Positions 24,391 through 37,267 of a stretch of 64,000 nucleotides of DNA are shown piece after piece. Below the pieces are notes generated by a model that saw only the letters and a list, made by a program, of their open reading frames with translations, was not told where the DNA came from and did no database searches. Origin of the DNA: Mobula hypostoma (Eukaryota); assembly GCF_963921235.1 (NCBI RefSeq), contig NC_086097.1, forward strand, positions 135,534,001-135,598,000, in the 5' to 3' direction. Made by a program: the position numbers and the translations under genes. The first letter of the stretch is position 1. The number at the start of each line of letters is the position of its first letter.

Positions 24391-24610
24391 TACAGCATTT
24401 CAATCTAACCCACAGCTTTTGGCAGCAGACGCAATAGTGGAGTTTTACAGGAATTTAGACAGGCACGGAAGGAAGGGATACAGACCAGGTGCAGGTGGAT
24501 TTAATGTGGCATCCTGGTTAGCACAGACACTGTGCGCTGAACAGCCTGTTTCTGCCCTGTCCTGTGGTACATCCCTATGGTCTTGAATCTACATTTTATA
24601 CTTACTACAC

Positions 24611-24900
24611 AGGAGCCATGGTAGGGTAGTGGTTAGCGCCACGCTATTACAGCTCGGGCATCGGCGTTCAGAGTTCGATTCCAGCGTCATCTCTAAGGAG
24701 TCTGTAAGTCCTCCCCGTGGAACGCACGGGTGTCCTCCAGGTGCTCCAGTTTCCTCCCACATTCCAGAGACGCATCAGTTAGTAGGTTAATTGGTCAATG
24801 TAAATTGACCGGTGATTTGTCCGGGGTTAAATCGGGGGTTGCTGGGCAGCGTGGTTTGAAGAACCAGAAGGGCCTGTCCCCCACTGTATTTCGATAAATA
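24611..24900 (+). mobile_element. V-SINE/HE1-type tRNA-derived SINE
   Basis: A box tagggtagtgg, B box gttcgattcc, central core ggtgctccagtttcctcccaca, CR1-like 3' end gaagggcctg, and ataaata. Confidence 0.85.
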
Positions 24901-25104
24901 AGTAACAAGAGATTCTGCAGATGCTGGAAATCCAGAGCGACACACACAAAATGCAGGTCAGGTGGTATCTATAGAAAGGGATAAACAGTCAATGTTTTGG
25001 ACCGTAATACTTATTACGTAACTTTAATACTGTACTTGCTTGCCAGCTTCCTCTAAATGTAATGTGCTTGGCGTCAGTTGAGTAGACAATTTCCCAGCAG
25101 TTGG

Positions 25105-25610
25105 TAAATTGGATTATTATTGTCACATGTACGGAGGTACGGTTAAAAACTCGATACAGATCATTTCATTACGCCAGTGCACTGAGGTAATACAAGGGAA
25201 AGCAAAACAGAATGCAGAATAAAGTTGCACAGAAAGGAACTTACACAGAGAGTGCAGTGTGGGCAGACTACTTTAGGTGCAAGGCAGTAGCGAAGTATAT
25301 TGTGAGGTCAAGAATTCCTCTTATTGCAGAAGAAATCCATCCATTCAGTTTTATAACAGCAGGATAGAAGTTGTACTTGAAGCTGGCGGTAGGAGCTTCC
25401 AGGCTTTTGTATTTTCCGCCTGATGGGAGGAGGGTGAAGAGAGAAAGTTCAAGCTGGTGATGTCTTTAATTATGCTGGCTGCTTTCCCAAGGCAGTGAGA
25501 AGCGTGGACAGAGTCGATGGAAGTGTGGATGGTTTCAATGATGAGCTGAGCTGTGTCTATAACTCTCTGCAGCTTTATTTTGTGTTCGTGGGCAGAGCAG
25601 TTGCCAAACA
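25105..25610 (-). mobile_element. Rex1/Babar-type LINE 3' end
   Basis: Minus ORF 25351 KLQRVIDTAQLI..HCLGKAASIIKD; tail ttattattgtcacatgt. Confidence 0.75.
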
Positions 25611-26579
25611 AAGCCTGCAGTCTCACGGCTCCTGGAACACGAGTTCGATCGTAACCTTTGGCACTGTCTGGGAGATGTTTGCATATTCTCGCTGGTTCCT
25701 CGGCTCCTCTAGTGTCTTCTCACACGCCAAAAGTGTACTGGTAGGAAAACTGGCGCTGAAAGGTACCCAGGGAAATGCCAAATGGAAATGAGAGAGATGA
25801 GATTGCTCTGTTGGGGGCCTGGTCGGACCGGATGGCTGAATGATCTTCTGTGGTATAATTAGTAAGGTCATCTCTTTCAGTTTCTACCTAATCCAACCAT
25901 GAAAGTGTCTTCACTTAACTCCCTTCCTAAAAATACTTGTCCTTTCCTAATTTCATCTGCAAGATTAGCATAGTTAGTCTGCATGGCTGTTGCAAACGTT
26001 TGCTTCTTTTTAACTGCCATTGGCCTATTAGTGTCTAGTTTTAGTTCACGTTATTCCCTTCACTGACCCTCATTCCTGACCTACTAGTGATAAATTTGTG
26101 TAGCCTCAACCTATCTACAGCCCAGAAATGGACCACTGCTGAGACATTAGAAATCAATATTCCTAATGCTTCAGGATCACAGGTCTTGCACCTTATTTGT
26201 CTGCCTGCACTGCTCCTCCTCTGCAACTTCAGCACCATATTCTGCATTCTGCTATTGCTTTCCCTGTGATGTTCACCCGCTTTGAAATGATCTGTGTGGA
26301 CAGCATGCCAAACTAGGATTAGCACAGGTGACGGTGATAAACCGAGCCAAATGGTGATAAGCTGCATTCTTGAAGCTCAGCAGCCGACGTGGAGAAGGTC
26401 CTTTTGGATTTAGAGGCAGCCACGGCGAAGGGCCGGAGATACATTTTGAAGTTGGGATGGTGCGCTCTTTGGAGGGGAACCTGCCTGCTGCCCTTGTCTT
26501 TCTTGGTGGTTTCAGGAAGTGCTGTTGGATTAGAAGCACTTTACAGATGGTGCACAGTACACTCATTTTTTTAGCAAAT

Positions 26580-27330
26580 TGGTAAACAGGATTATTATTG
26601 TCATATGTGCAGGCAAAGAGTGAAAAGCTTTGATTTTCTTGCCGTCTATACAGAGCATTCCCCCACATCAGCACAGTGAAGACGTGCAAGGGAAAGTGAA
26701 TAACAGAATGGAGCGTATACTGTTCTAGTTGCAGAGAAAGTGCAGTGCAGGCAGACAGTAGGGTGAAAGGTTAAATGTTCAGAGATTGGCTTTATCTGTC
26801 CCATGGACATTGAAACATCAAAGTATGCGGTGAAATGCCTTGTTATATTTTGTGGCAATGACCAGCACAGTCTGAGATGTGCTGAGGGTAGCCCGCAAGT
26901 GTCGTCACGCTTCCAGTGTCAACGTAGCACGCTCAAATCTTACTGACCCTAAACTCGTACCTCTTTAGAACGTGAAGGAAACCGGAGCACCGGGAGGAAG
27001 CTCTCGCGGTCACAGGTAGAACGTACAAACTCCTGACGGATCGCGGTGGGAATTGAATCCCCGATCTTACAGCTGACCGCCATAAGGCGTCATGCTAACG
27101 GCTACCCTAGTGAGATAGATTGTGAGGTCAAGAGTCCATCTTATTGTACAAGAGGTCCTTTCAGTTGCCTTATAACAGCAGGATAGAAGCTGTCCTTGAT
27201 GCTGGTCGTGTGTGTTTTCAGCCTTTTGTATTTTCTGCCTGATGAGAGAGGGCAGAAGAGATGGGTGGGGTTTTTTGTTATGTTGGCTGCTTTACTAAGG
27301 CAGTGACAAATGTAGATAGTGCATTCAAGA
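26580..27330 (-). mobile_element. Rex1-type LINE 3' end interrupted by a V-SINE-like element (about 26790-27110, minus)
   Basis: PLSSGRKYKRLKTHTTSIKDSFYPAVIR (ORF 27141); SINE core gaaaccggagcacc and tRNA-like head gggaattgaatccc. Confidence 0.7.
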
Positions 27331-27859
27331 GCAAGTATTAACCATGTGGCAGCAGAAATCTTCACCCAGTGTATTAGCCTTTTCAACGTCCCGTCCTGAG
27401 AGGCGGCTTTCATGGCAAAATGTAAACTGGAAAAGAACTGCAAAGTGATTGATTACAATTTAATATAATTGAAGCTACTTAATAGAATGCAAGATGGCAT
27501 TGTCATAGCTCAGTGAATCTGCCTAAGAATCCGTTCTCCAAGTTTGGTTATTGGTTAATAGAACATGTTCCATCATTAGCTCCTAATTCCCATCACAGAA
27601 AAGGTTTTATAGATATACCATTGCTGATCAACGACACCCCATGTTCTGGGCTTCAGTATTGTGGGGGACCCAATATTGAAGCAAGCATCAGTCAAATCTG
27701 GGTGAACTCCAACCATGTGAATCATATGGGGTGAGACACAATAATGCACACATTATTGAGCTCTGTGGATGTGCTTCTACCTCCTGCTCTACACACAGAG
27801 TAGATACAACATAGAAGGGGAGGGCAATCTGCTTATTGTGTCCGTGATTTGTCTTTAGC

Positions 27860-28410
27860 AGAGCCACCAACAACTCCACTACCAGTCCTTTCTTTGCTGT
27901 TGTCCAATTTCTTCCTCATCGTATATTTATCCAATCCCCTCTTGAAGACCACAATGGAATATATCTCCACGACACCCGCGGACAGTATGTCCCAGATTCC
28001 AACCACATGATGTGTGAAAGAATTTTCTTTGTATAGCTCCTGATCCTCTTCCCTTTGTTTTATGACTATGACGTTTAGTCTGTGGTTGCTCCACCACCTT
28101 CAACAGTCCATCGTGGTCCTCCATGTCCAAAGCCTTCATCATTTTATCTGTTTCAATTAAATCTCTCCCAAAGAAAACTGCCGCATTCCCACCAATTCAT
28201 CTCTGTAATTGATTAATAGTTTCTGGACTCTCCCTATAGCCTTCACAGTCTTCCTGTAAATAGGTGACCAGAACTGAGCACAATATTCCAGTTAGGGTTG
28301 TCTCAGAAATGTTCAGCGCAAGCCTCCCTGCTTTAGTACCCTGTGCCACTGCTCCATGTCCAGAAAAGTCTAGGTCTTGTAACTAGTTTCTCAACCTGCC
28401 CTGGGCCTCT
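27860..28410 (-). mobile_element. Old CR1 fragment
   Basis: Minus-strand LEYCAQFWSPIYRK and IMKALD..RHSHK..KFFH-like motifs. Confidence 0.65.
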
Positions 28411-28719
28411 CTCAAAGATTTATGATGCATTACTCCATCTCAGGCAGCCACATGACAAAGCTTACAGTATTTTTATAGGTTATTTTAAGTGGTCTTCGGG
28501 TAGTTTTAACTCCAATGAAGGGCTGATCAAAGAATAAAAAGCAGATTACAACAGGCAGGAGAGTTTGCTTGGACTGAACTTCAGGATTCCTTGGATAAAC
28601 AGACAGAAATCTCCTTCCAGTTTGTTTGCTTCTCCATGAACAAGGAGCATTGTTTGCCCAATCTAGTTGTACCACATCAGCCTTCATCTTGGTGGATAAG
28701 CCTACTGACCACTTGATGC

Positions 28720-29665
28720 TACAAGAGGTCCAGGTATGATCTCCGGAAGTCCGTCTTGCAGGTGAAGTGGCAATTCTGGATGAAACTTGAATCAACAAAG
28801 GATGCTCGATGATTATGGCAAGGCTTGATTGCTATCACCTCCTATAGAGTTAAATCAAGCAACATGGATGACAACAGGGCTTGGCTGCCAGATGAGCTCA
28901 ACGCCTTCGATCCGCGTTTTGACTGTGAAAACATGGAGCAACCACCATGAACTCCCACAGGCCCTGATGATCCTGTGATTTCAGTTTCTGAGGCTGAATT
29001 GTGAACTGCCTCCAGGAGGGTGATCCCATAGAAAGTATTTGACCCAGACGGATTCCTCGGGCAAGTACCAAACACCTGCGCTGGGTGCTCACTGAGATCG
29101 TTAACCTCTCGCTTCAGCAGTCTCAGGTACCCACCTGCTTCAAGAAGCTTCAATTATACTGGCGTCCACAAAGAATACCACAGCCTACCTCAATGGCTGT
29201 CATCCAGTCGCACTTACATCCACAGTGATAACGTCTTTTGAGAGGTTGGTGACCAAACATATCAACTCCTGCCTGAGAAGCGACTTCAATCTACTCCAAT
29301 TTGCCTCCCTCAACCATTACGCTCTTGAACCAAAGGGGAAAACTTCACTCAACTTTACTTATCCCATCATTGAAATGTTCCCACAACCAATGGACTTGCC
29401 TGTGAGGGCTTTTCATCTCATGTTCTCGATATTTATCGCTTATTTATTTATTTATTATTAGTATTTCTTTCTTCTTGTATTTGCACAGTTTGCTGTCTTT
29501 AGCATGATGGTTGAACATCCAAGTTGGTGTGGTCTTCCATTGATTCTGTTATGGTTATTATTCTATGGATTTATTGTGTATGCCCATAAGGAAATGAATC
29601 TCTGGGCTGTATATGGTGACATACATGTACTTTGATAATAAATTTTCTTTTAACTTTGAACTTTG
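28720..29665 (+). mobile_element. Rex1/Babar-type LINE, internally deleted
   Basis: LPDELNAF, PTCFKK, ALTSTVITSFERLV..LLQFA, then a jump to the 3' tail (gataataaa..actttgaactttga). Confidence 0.8.
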
Positions 29666-30757
29666 ATGTGCACATGTTGCCATGGTGTGGACAATAGGAT
29701 GCAAGCTGTTGCTCACGATGCACAGGTTGTAATGTTATCAAACTGGTCCCAAAGTTTTAACTGAAAGGTGACTGTATTGGACATCTTCACAAGTTCATCA
29801 CAAAACAATGGCGTGTTATTGCTCTGCATGAGATTACCTCTAAACGTCATACCCAAGGCACTGGGATTTTTTTTACAAATCAGTTTTGTATAACTTTAAA
29901 TATTCTCTTTCTTCTCCTGTCAGATTATATCACCTGCAACCTTCTGATACCTCCATCCATCGCCTCCCAGCCCACGTCTCTATTTTCACGTTTCCCTTCT
30001 CCGCAACTGGATCCACCTGTCACTTGGCAGCCCCTACTGCACCCTTTCTCTTCACTGATTACCTCCCGTCTATTCCTTCCCCGCTCACAGGGAAGGATAC
30101 TTCCCCAGATTCATCATACCTCCTTACAACAGGGCAGAAGGCCAGCTCTCAGAACAATTCTGTCAAACCAATTCCCTCACTTATATTCGTGTAACCTATC
30201 CTCTCTCCCATTCTCATCAAGTACTGTGGACTCTCTCATCACCTACTAGCACAAGGGACAATTTAGAGTAACCAATTAACCTGCCGACCTGGCAACTGGA
30301 GGGCAGTTTACCTTGCTCTGCCCATAGCGGGATGTGTTTCAAGATGGTTCATTGTCATTCTTCAGTACAGAAGGACAAAATAATTGTTAGTCTGGATCCG
30401 ATGCAGCATAAAAAACACAATAAGAATAAAGAACACAATTAAAAAATACAATAAACAGAAATACACAGGATTAGCTTGTATGGGTGGACTGATTGGGTTA
30501 AAGTGATGTTAGGTACAGGAGTAGATGTACATAAGGTGATTCTGATAGGAAATGATAAAGTCGTGATGGTGGGTTGGGTTAATGGGTGGAGATGATGATC
30601 TGCCTGATGGTCTGGGGAAGTATCTCTTTTTGAGTCTAGTGGTCCTGGTGTGCAGCCTCTCCCCTGTTGGGAGTGGGACCGTCATTGGGCAGGGTGGGTG
30701 GGACCCTTCGTGATATTTTTAACCCATAAATGGGATGTTCCCCGCTCTGTTGAACAA

Positions 30758-31070
30758 GGCAGCGTAGCATTGCAGTTTGTATAGCTGCTGCCTTACTGCT
30801 GGGTTTGAGTCTGTCCTCCAGTGCTGTCTTTGCGGAGTTTGCGCATTCTCCCTGTTACCATGTGGATTTCCGCCTGTTGCCCTGGTTTCCTCCCAAATCG
30901 CAGAGCCATGCAGGCTGGTAGGCTAAATGTGTGTGAGGGGTGAAATCTGGGAGGAGTTGATAGGAATGTGGGGAGATTAAAATGTGCAGGATTTGTGGAT
31001 GGTTGGTGGTTGGTGTGGATTCAGTGGACACTCAGTGGGCTAAAGGACCTGTTTCCATATTTGGTGACTC
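30758..31070 (+). mobile_element. V-SINE-type SINE, diverged
   Basis: tRNA-like head, core ggtttcctcccaaa, CR1-like tail gggctaaaggacctgtttc. Confidence 0.65.
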
Positions 31071-31424
31071 TTAGTAGGGAATTCACTGAGATGTCATGCA
31101 ATATCTGCTTCATCTGAAATATAAATCTGCAATGGGCCCTCTGTCATACAATGTCTGTCTTGGGTTCTTGTAGAACAAAATTCCACTTAATCCAGACATT
31201 TCCCAAAAAGGGCATGAAAATCACTTGGAAAATTATATGGATAAAAAGGTGGGTGCAAGGTTAAGGGTGTTTGATTTTGTGCTCTGTGAAGGAATTCCCA
31301 ATTTTAGCAGTGGTACAAATCCTAGCAATTCTCCTGTTCAACACTTGAGGGCGCTGGTGCCTCTTTTGAGTGGCTCTATGCTTCCAGAAACCAATGAAAA
31401 GGCCTGAGCTCCTGGCCAGCAAAT

Positions 31425-31560
31425 CACATCCTTTTTATTCTGGCTTCTTCTCCCTTCCTTCTCGGTCCTGAAAAAGGATCTGGCCCTGAAAAGTCGACTG
31501 TTTATTCATTTCCACAGATGCTGCATAACCTGCTGAATTCCTTCAGCATTTTGTGTGTGC
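31425..31560 (+). mobile_element. Penelope tail module (mutated hammerhead core)
   Basis: ggtcctgaaaaaggatctggccctgaaaagtcgactg...gatgctgc...cagcattttgtgtgtg. Confidence 0.75.
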
Positions 31561-31686
31561 TACAACATATCCTTTGAAGTGGTTCCATTACCCCAGCCCA
31601 ATTCTATTCTAACCGGGCCACCATGTTTGTCAGCTGTCAAGTATCACACGCATTAGTGGTCTGTGACTTCTTTTAAGGTCCTGAAG

Positions 31687-31812
31687 TAGGAAAGGAGGAG
31701 AAAAGGAGAGGAGGAAAAGAGGGGAGAAGCAGAGGAGAGGAGAGTAAGAGGGAGGAAGATGGGAAGAGGAGGGAAGGAGGGACAGGAGGAGGGGATGAAA
31801 GGAAGGAGGGAA
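31687..31812. repeat. Polypurine (GA-rich) low-complexity tract
   Basis: About 125 bp of almost exclusively A/G on the + strand. Confidence 0.9.
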
Positions 31813-33143
31813 ACAGTGATAAGTCAGCATTGATCTGGGGGAGGGGTTCACTGGAGATGATGGGGCAGCAGTTCACCTCACTGTACTGATGTGTAGTCCA
31901 TTATCTCATTTAAATCGTGCATCCCGACTCTTGGAGGAAAACTGCATTTGGCCTCCTTCACTGTCATCGCTCTCAGCTTCTGTCCTTTCTGTGCCAACAG
32001 ACCTGGTGTGGTCCCGACGCTGGTACAACCTCTGGCTGATGAAACCTGCCAGCAACGTTCACCTTTTCCAACCCCCCCCCACCCCCCACCACTCTACAGT
32101 GTGGCCTCTGTTCTGTTCTTACACCACGTATCCTCCCTCGAAATTGTGGTGCCACTGAGTTAGCGGGGTGTGCGGATCAGAGTCTCTGCACTGAAGCCTG
32201 CTGTATCAAAGGTAAAAGAAAAGGAAGGGTTTTTATTCTCATAAACTCCTTCCACCCCAGGAGTGAAAGTTCAGTCACTGCTAGAGTGTGGAAACTCCCG
32301 TAGACAGACCCCAAGCTTCAGTGTGTGTAAATATTAGCCCCAGTTCATCAGGGAGAAATCCTCTGTCCTTTAAGTTAGTGGCGTTATGTGTCTCACATCT
32401 ACCCGAGGAGGTTGACATGGTTTTAATTTACATAAATGTGTGGCATTCTGTCATTACTCCTCCCAGAAGGTCTGATTTAAATATAAGAGTGGTAGCAGTG
32501 ATCAGCCTTAGCAAGGCTCACCAATAAACCAATGCAAGGATCCCTGTAATCTGGAATATATGGGCCGTACTAAATTCTTAACTCCTTGTCGTAAATATCT
32601 TTGTAAGTCCAGTGATTGCTGTCCCTGTCACTCCCCTGCCTCAGGAGTACATTAGATTCAGTTCAGATGAGTTTATTCTCACATATATCAGGGTGCAATG
32701 ATATTCCTTGCTGGCATGAAACTTACAGAGTAAACAGCGCACGTGGTAATAACAAATAGCAAATAAATGCAGAGACAAACTCATGAATGGTGCAAAGCCT
32801 GGAGTGCAACAAAACAAATACTAAAGTGACAGTAATGGAATAATTCCAGAACCCACAAACCCAGACAGAAAGCTACTTATCTTTGATCCCAAAAGACTGT
32901 TGAAAAAGAAGAAAAAGAAGATGAAGGAGGAGATGAAGAAGAAAAAGATGACGAGGAAGAGGAAGAAGAAGGTGAAGGAGATGAAGAACTCTATCATAGC
33001 TCTGTGGAGTTGCATTGACGACGTGTTAACATTCAGATTCTGATTAGTTCGTTGTCATATACACCAGGGTGCAAAAAAGTTCCACACTTGCAGGAAGCTC
33101 AGAGAGTAAACAGTATGTATGGGAACAATAAATGCAGTGATAC

Positions 33144-33300
33144 TCACAACACGCTGGAGGAACTCAGCAGGTCGGGCAGCATCAGTGGAAAAGATCGATT
33201 GACGTTTCGGGCCGGAACCCTTCGTCAGTTCCTGAGTTCCTGCAGCGTGTTGTGAGTGTTGCTTTGACCCCAGCATCTGCAGGATTATTTTGTGTTTATG
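33144..33300. mobile_element. Penelope mini-insertion (inverted pLTR pieces) with 14-bp TSD
   Basis: aaatgcagtgatac at 33130-33143 and 33301-33314; inverted repeat 33142-33167 / 33232-33257; minus-strand CTGACGA..GAAACGTC. Confidence 0.85.
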
Positions 33301-33824
33301 AAATGCAGTGATACGTGCTGTGGTGAGTGGAAAGATTGTAACAGTGTCGGGTTCAGAAGCCTGAGAGCAATGGGGACGAAACTGTTCTTTAGTCTGGAGT
33401 CAAGGCTTTCAAACTTCTTCATCCTCTCCCCTGAAGGTAGAAGAGAGAAAAGGAACTGGCAATCCCGTAACTCCCCACATTTTCACATTTCCTTTTTTTC
33501 ACAGGACTTCTCGGATTATTGATCCGTGCTTGTCCTCTGAACAATGTTTCTGTTCCTTTGGCAAATTAACAGTGAGATCAGAAGGAAAAACCAACCAGCA
33601 CTTTGTTAATAATTAAACCAATAAAAAATTCTGAGAATAATTAGTTATCCCTCAATATCTCTGTTATTTCTTTATGTTAATATACAGTACTTCTTTAAAC
33701 TACTTACTTGCAGGTGTGACACCTTTGAGTTCTTTAATTATGTTGTCTTATTGATACATCCTAACCACAATAGTGTTTAGCACCATTATTCCTACAGTTC
33801 CAATTGTACAGCTACAGAATCTGT

Positions 33825-34847
33825 ACCTCCCTCTGCAACTGGATCCTTGACTTCTTAACTAGAAGACCATAACCTGTGCAAATCAGAAATAACATCTCCT
33901 CATCGACAATCATCACTGGGATGTGTGCTTAGCCCGCTGCTCTATTCTCTACACCCATGACAGTGTGGCTAGGCACAGCTCAAATGCCATCTGTAAATTT
34001 GCTGATGATACAAATTGGCAGCATTTCAAATGGTGATGAGGGAGCTTACAGAGTGAGAGATATCAGCTGGTTGAGTGCTGTCACAGCAACAACCTTGCAC
34101 TCAACGTCAGTAAGACCAAAGAACTGATTGTGGACTTCAGGAAGAGAAGACGGGGAACACGCACCAGATCTCATAGAGGTATCATGAGTGGAAAAAGTGT
34201 GCAGTTTCAAGTTCCTGGGTGTCAGAATCTCTGAGGATCTAACTCAGGCCCAACATATTGATACAGCTACAAGGAAGGCATGACAGCAACTATATTTCAT
34301 TAGCAGTTTGAGAAGAATTGGTATGTCACCGAAAACACTTGAAAATTTCTACAGATGTACCATGGGGAGCATTCTGACTGACTGATCACCATCTGGTATG
34401 GGGAGGGGTTCTGCACAGGATCGAAGCAAGCTGCAGGAAGTTGCAAAGTTAGTCAGCTCCATCATGGCACTAGCCTCTGTAGTATCCAAGACATCTTTAA
34501 GGAACGGTGCCTCAATAAGGGCAGTGTCCATTATTTAGGACACTCACCACTCAGAACATGCCCTCTTCTCACTGTTACCATCAGGAAGGAGGTACAAGAG
34601 GCTGAAGGCACACACTCAGTGACTCAGGAACAGCTTCTTCCCCTCTACCATCCGATTTCTGTAGGGACATTGAACCCATGAATATTAACTCACTAATTTG
34701 TTTTTCTGTTTTTGCACTACTCATTTTACATACATATACTTACTGTAATTCAGTTTTTTTTCTATATTTATCATGTATTGCATTGTACTCCTACCGCAAA
34801 GGTAGCAAATGTCACAACATACGGTGATATTAAAATCAGATTCTGAT
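33825..34847 (+). mobile_element. Rex1/Babar-type LINE 3' part
   Basis: WILDFLT.RP, GCVLSPLLYS, KFADD, LNVSKTKELIVDFR, LLPSGRRY; tail tgatattaaaatcagattctga. Confidence 0.88.
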
Positions 34848-35899
34848 AACTCTGTTTCTTCTCCATAGACCATGTGAAGGTAAATAACAGGACAATTGAT
34901 TTTTGGAAATGATATTATTAATTCTCATTACTCAAAGAAAGAAGATCAACAGAATTAAGGAGATGAAAATGTACCTATTAATCACCCATTTTAAATTAAG
35001 AATCTTAGTATTTTTTAATATCAGAATGTTATCTTGGCATATACTAATAACAACATTAATACCATCCATTTCATCATGGACAGTACCTCGTTATTTCTTT
35101 TTTTCAGTATGTGTCAGATTTATTATCTCTGACTTAGATGACATTAAATTTGTTCTTTTGCAGCAGCAGTACAATACAAGGACGTGGAATTTCTTTAAGT
35201 GAGTATAAATGACAAAAATAGGGCAAAAAAAAAAAGGAATAATGAGGTAGTGTTCAGAATTCTGATGACGGAGGGGAAAAAGATGTTTCTGAATTATTGA
35301 GTGTGCATCTTCGGACTCCTGTACCTCCTCCTTGAAGTCTATGACTCTGCCGACTACTGCTGACAGCCGTCTATGTCCCTGATAATAAATCGGACTCTGA
35401 TTTTCAAACCCTGTAGGTGTTTTTCTCCAGTCCATAATTTAAATGGTATATATTTGGCAGTGATGACCGTATAAGACTCTTCTGAAGAGGCAGAGAGATC
35501 TATTAGGAAGAGCATACAGGGAAAACACTCCATTTTATTATCAATTACATCTGTCTTGCCTGGATCTGTCTAATGAAATCTATCCATCTCAAGATAAATA
35601 TTATCTTGTGCTAATGTTATCAGTCATCGCATTATTAAAGCTGAATGACTTAATCTCAAACTGCCAGACACACTGACAGCATTTTTAATTCAGCAGTTAA
35701 TATATTATAAAAAATCCTATTACTTCTTGTTCTAATGTTTATGCTCACTTTTTATTTCAGAGATACAGGCTCTACCGTCATTTTGCAAGGATTCAGCACT
35801 CTTTCTGCACAAGGCTTGTCTTGGCAGTGGTTTTCTGTTCTCCAGTTGCTCTCTAGCCCAGGGTACCGACACCAAAACCCTTACACCCACCTACAAATC

Positions 35900-36390
35900 A
35901 CTCTTGACTTTACAGAAAGGAGGAACAACACCTTATATTCCATCTGGGTAGCCTCCAGCCTGATGGCATGAACATTGACTTCTCAAACTTCTGCTAATGC
36001 CCTACCTCCCCCTCGTACCCCATCCGTTATTTATTTATATACACACATTCTTTTTCTCTCTCTCCTTTTTCTCCCTCTGTCCCTCTGACTATACCCCTTG
36101 CCCATCCTCTGGGTTTCCCCCCCTCCTCTTTTCTTTCTCCCTGGGCCTCCTGTCCCATGATCCTCTCATATCCCTTTTGCCAATCACCTGTCCAGCTCTT
36201 GGCTCCATCCCTCCCCCTCCTGTCTTCTCCTATCATTTCGGATCTCCCCCCCCCCCACTTTCAAATCTCTTACTAGCTCTTCTTTCAGTTAGTCCTGATG
36301 AAGGGTCTCGGCCTGAAACGTCGACTGCACCTCTTCCTACAGATGCTGCCTGGCCTGCTGTATTCACCAGCAACTTTGATGTGTGTTGCT
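35900..36390 (+). mobile_element. Penelope 3' fragment with pLTR tail
   Basis: EEQHLIFHLGSLQPDGMNIDFS, pyrimidine-rich 3' region, hammerhead motif, then gatgctgcctggcctgctg. Confidence 0.88.
36291..36326 (+). ncRNA. Minimal type I hammerhead ribozyme (Penelope-associated)
   Basis: AGTC-CTGATGA-agggtctcggcct-GAAAC-GTC-GACT: stem I AGUC/GACU, complete CUGAUGA and GAAA core, stem II hairpin, palindromic ACGU in place of stem III, GUC cleavage triplet at 36320-36322. Confidence 0.75.
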
Positions 36391-37267
36391 CGACTTTACA
36401 GTATTTCATTTGTCTACTGTCCTGTGAGTGTCAGACTTTGTGAAACCTGCTCTAAACTCTCACCTGCTCTACGTCCCTCCTTCTGTCCTGTATTGGTGTC
36501 TGAGACTTGTCTCAGACCCCAGACACATGGGCGTAGAATCATGCTGGCCCTTGGGTCTACCATGCTCAGCGAGTATTCATCTATTCAAATCCAATTTCCA
36601 GCACTCGATCCACAGCTTTGGTAACTCAATTACTTGTTAAATGTTATGAGGGTCTCTTCCTCCACCACACCCTCAGGCAGTGTATTCCACATTCCAGCTA
36701 CCCTCTGGACAAAACAATTCCTGCTCAGATCCCTTCTAAATCTTCTCCTTACCTGAAACCTATGCATCTCTTTCAAATGCTCCCTCCTTTGTGCCTTATG
36801 GACTGGTCTGAACGGTAGGAAGAGATTGCTCGCTACACTGGTCAATAGCTGTGAGGTCTTGCTGGCACTGTAAGCTTTGAAAAGCATAAATAACTTTCCT
36901 TTGACCTTGCAATAATCAGCGTGTACTGGCATTCGAAACTTGGCAGTGTTCGTTGATAAACATCAGTGAAAATTTTGTTGAGCTTGCATTTGTTTTGGGA
37001 TATCAGTCGGAATTTTTAAGTTAGGGTTAGAAAGAACCACCACATATCATTAACCTTAGAATTAGGTTTGTTATCACTAACACATGTTACAAAATGTGCT
37101 GTTTTGCCACGGTAGTACAGGGCAGTAGATAAAAAATTACTATAGGTTATAAGAAGAAATAAAAAATAAATACATTGTACAAAGAGACCAAAATAACTCC
37201 TGGGTTCATGGACCATTCAGAAATCTGGTGGCAGAGGAGTGTGCCTTTAGGTTCCCGTGCCTCTTCC

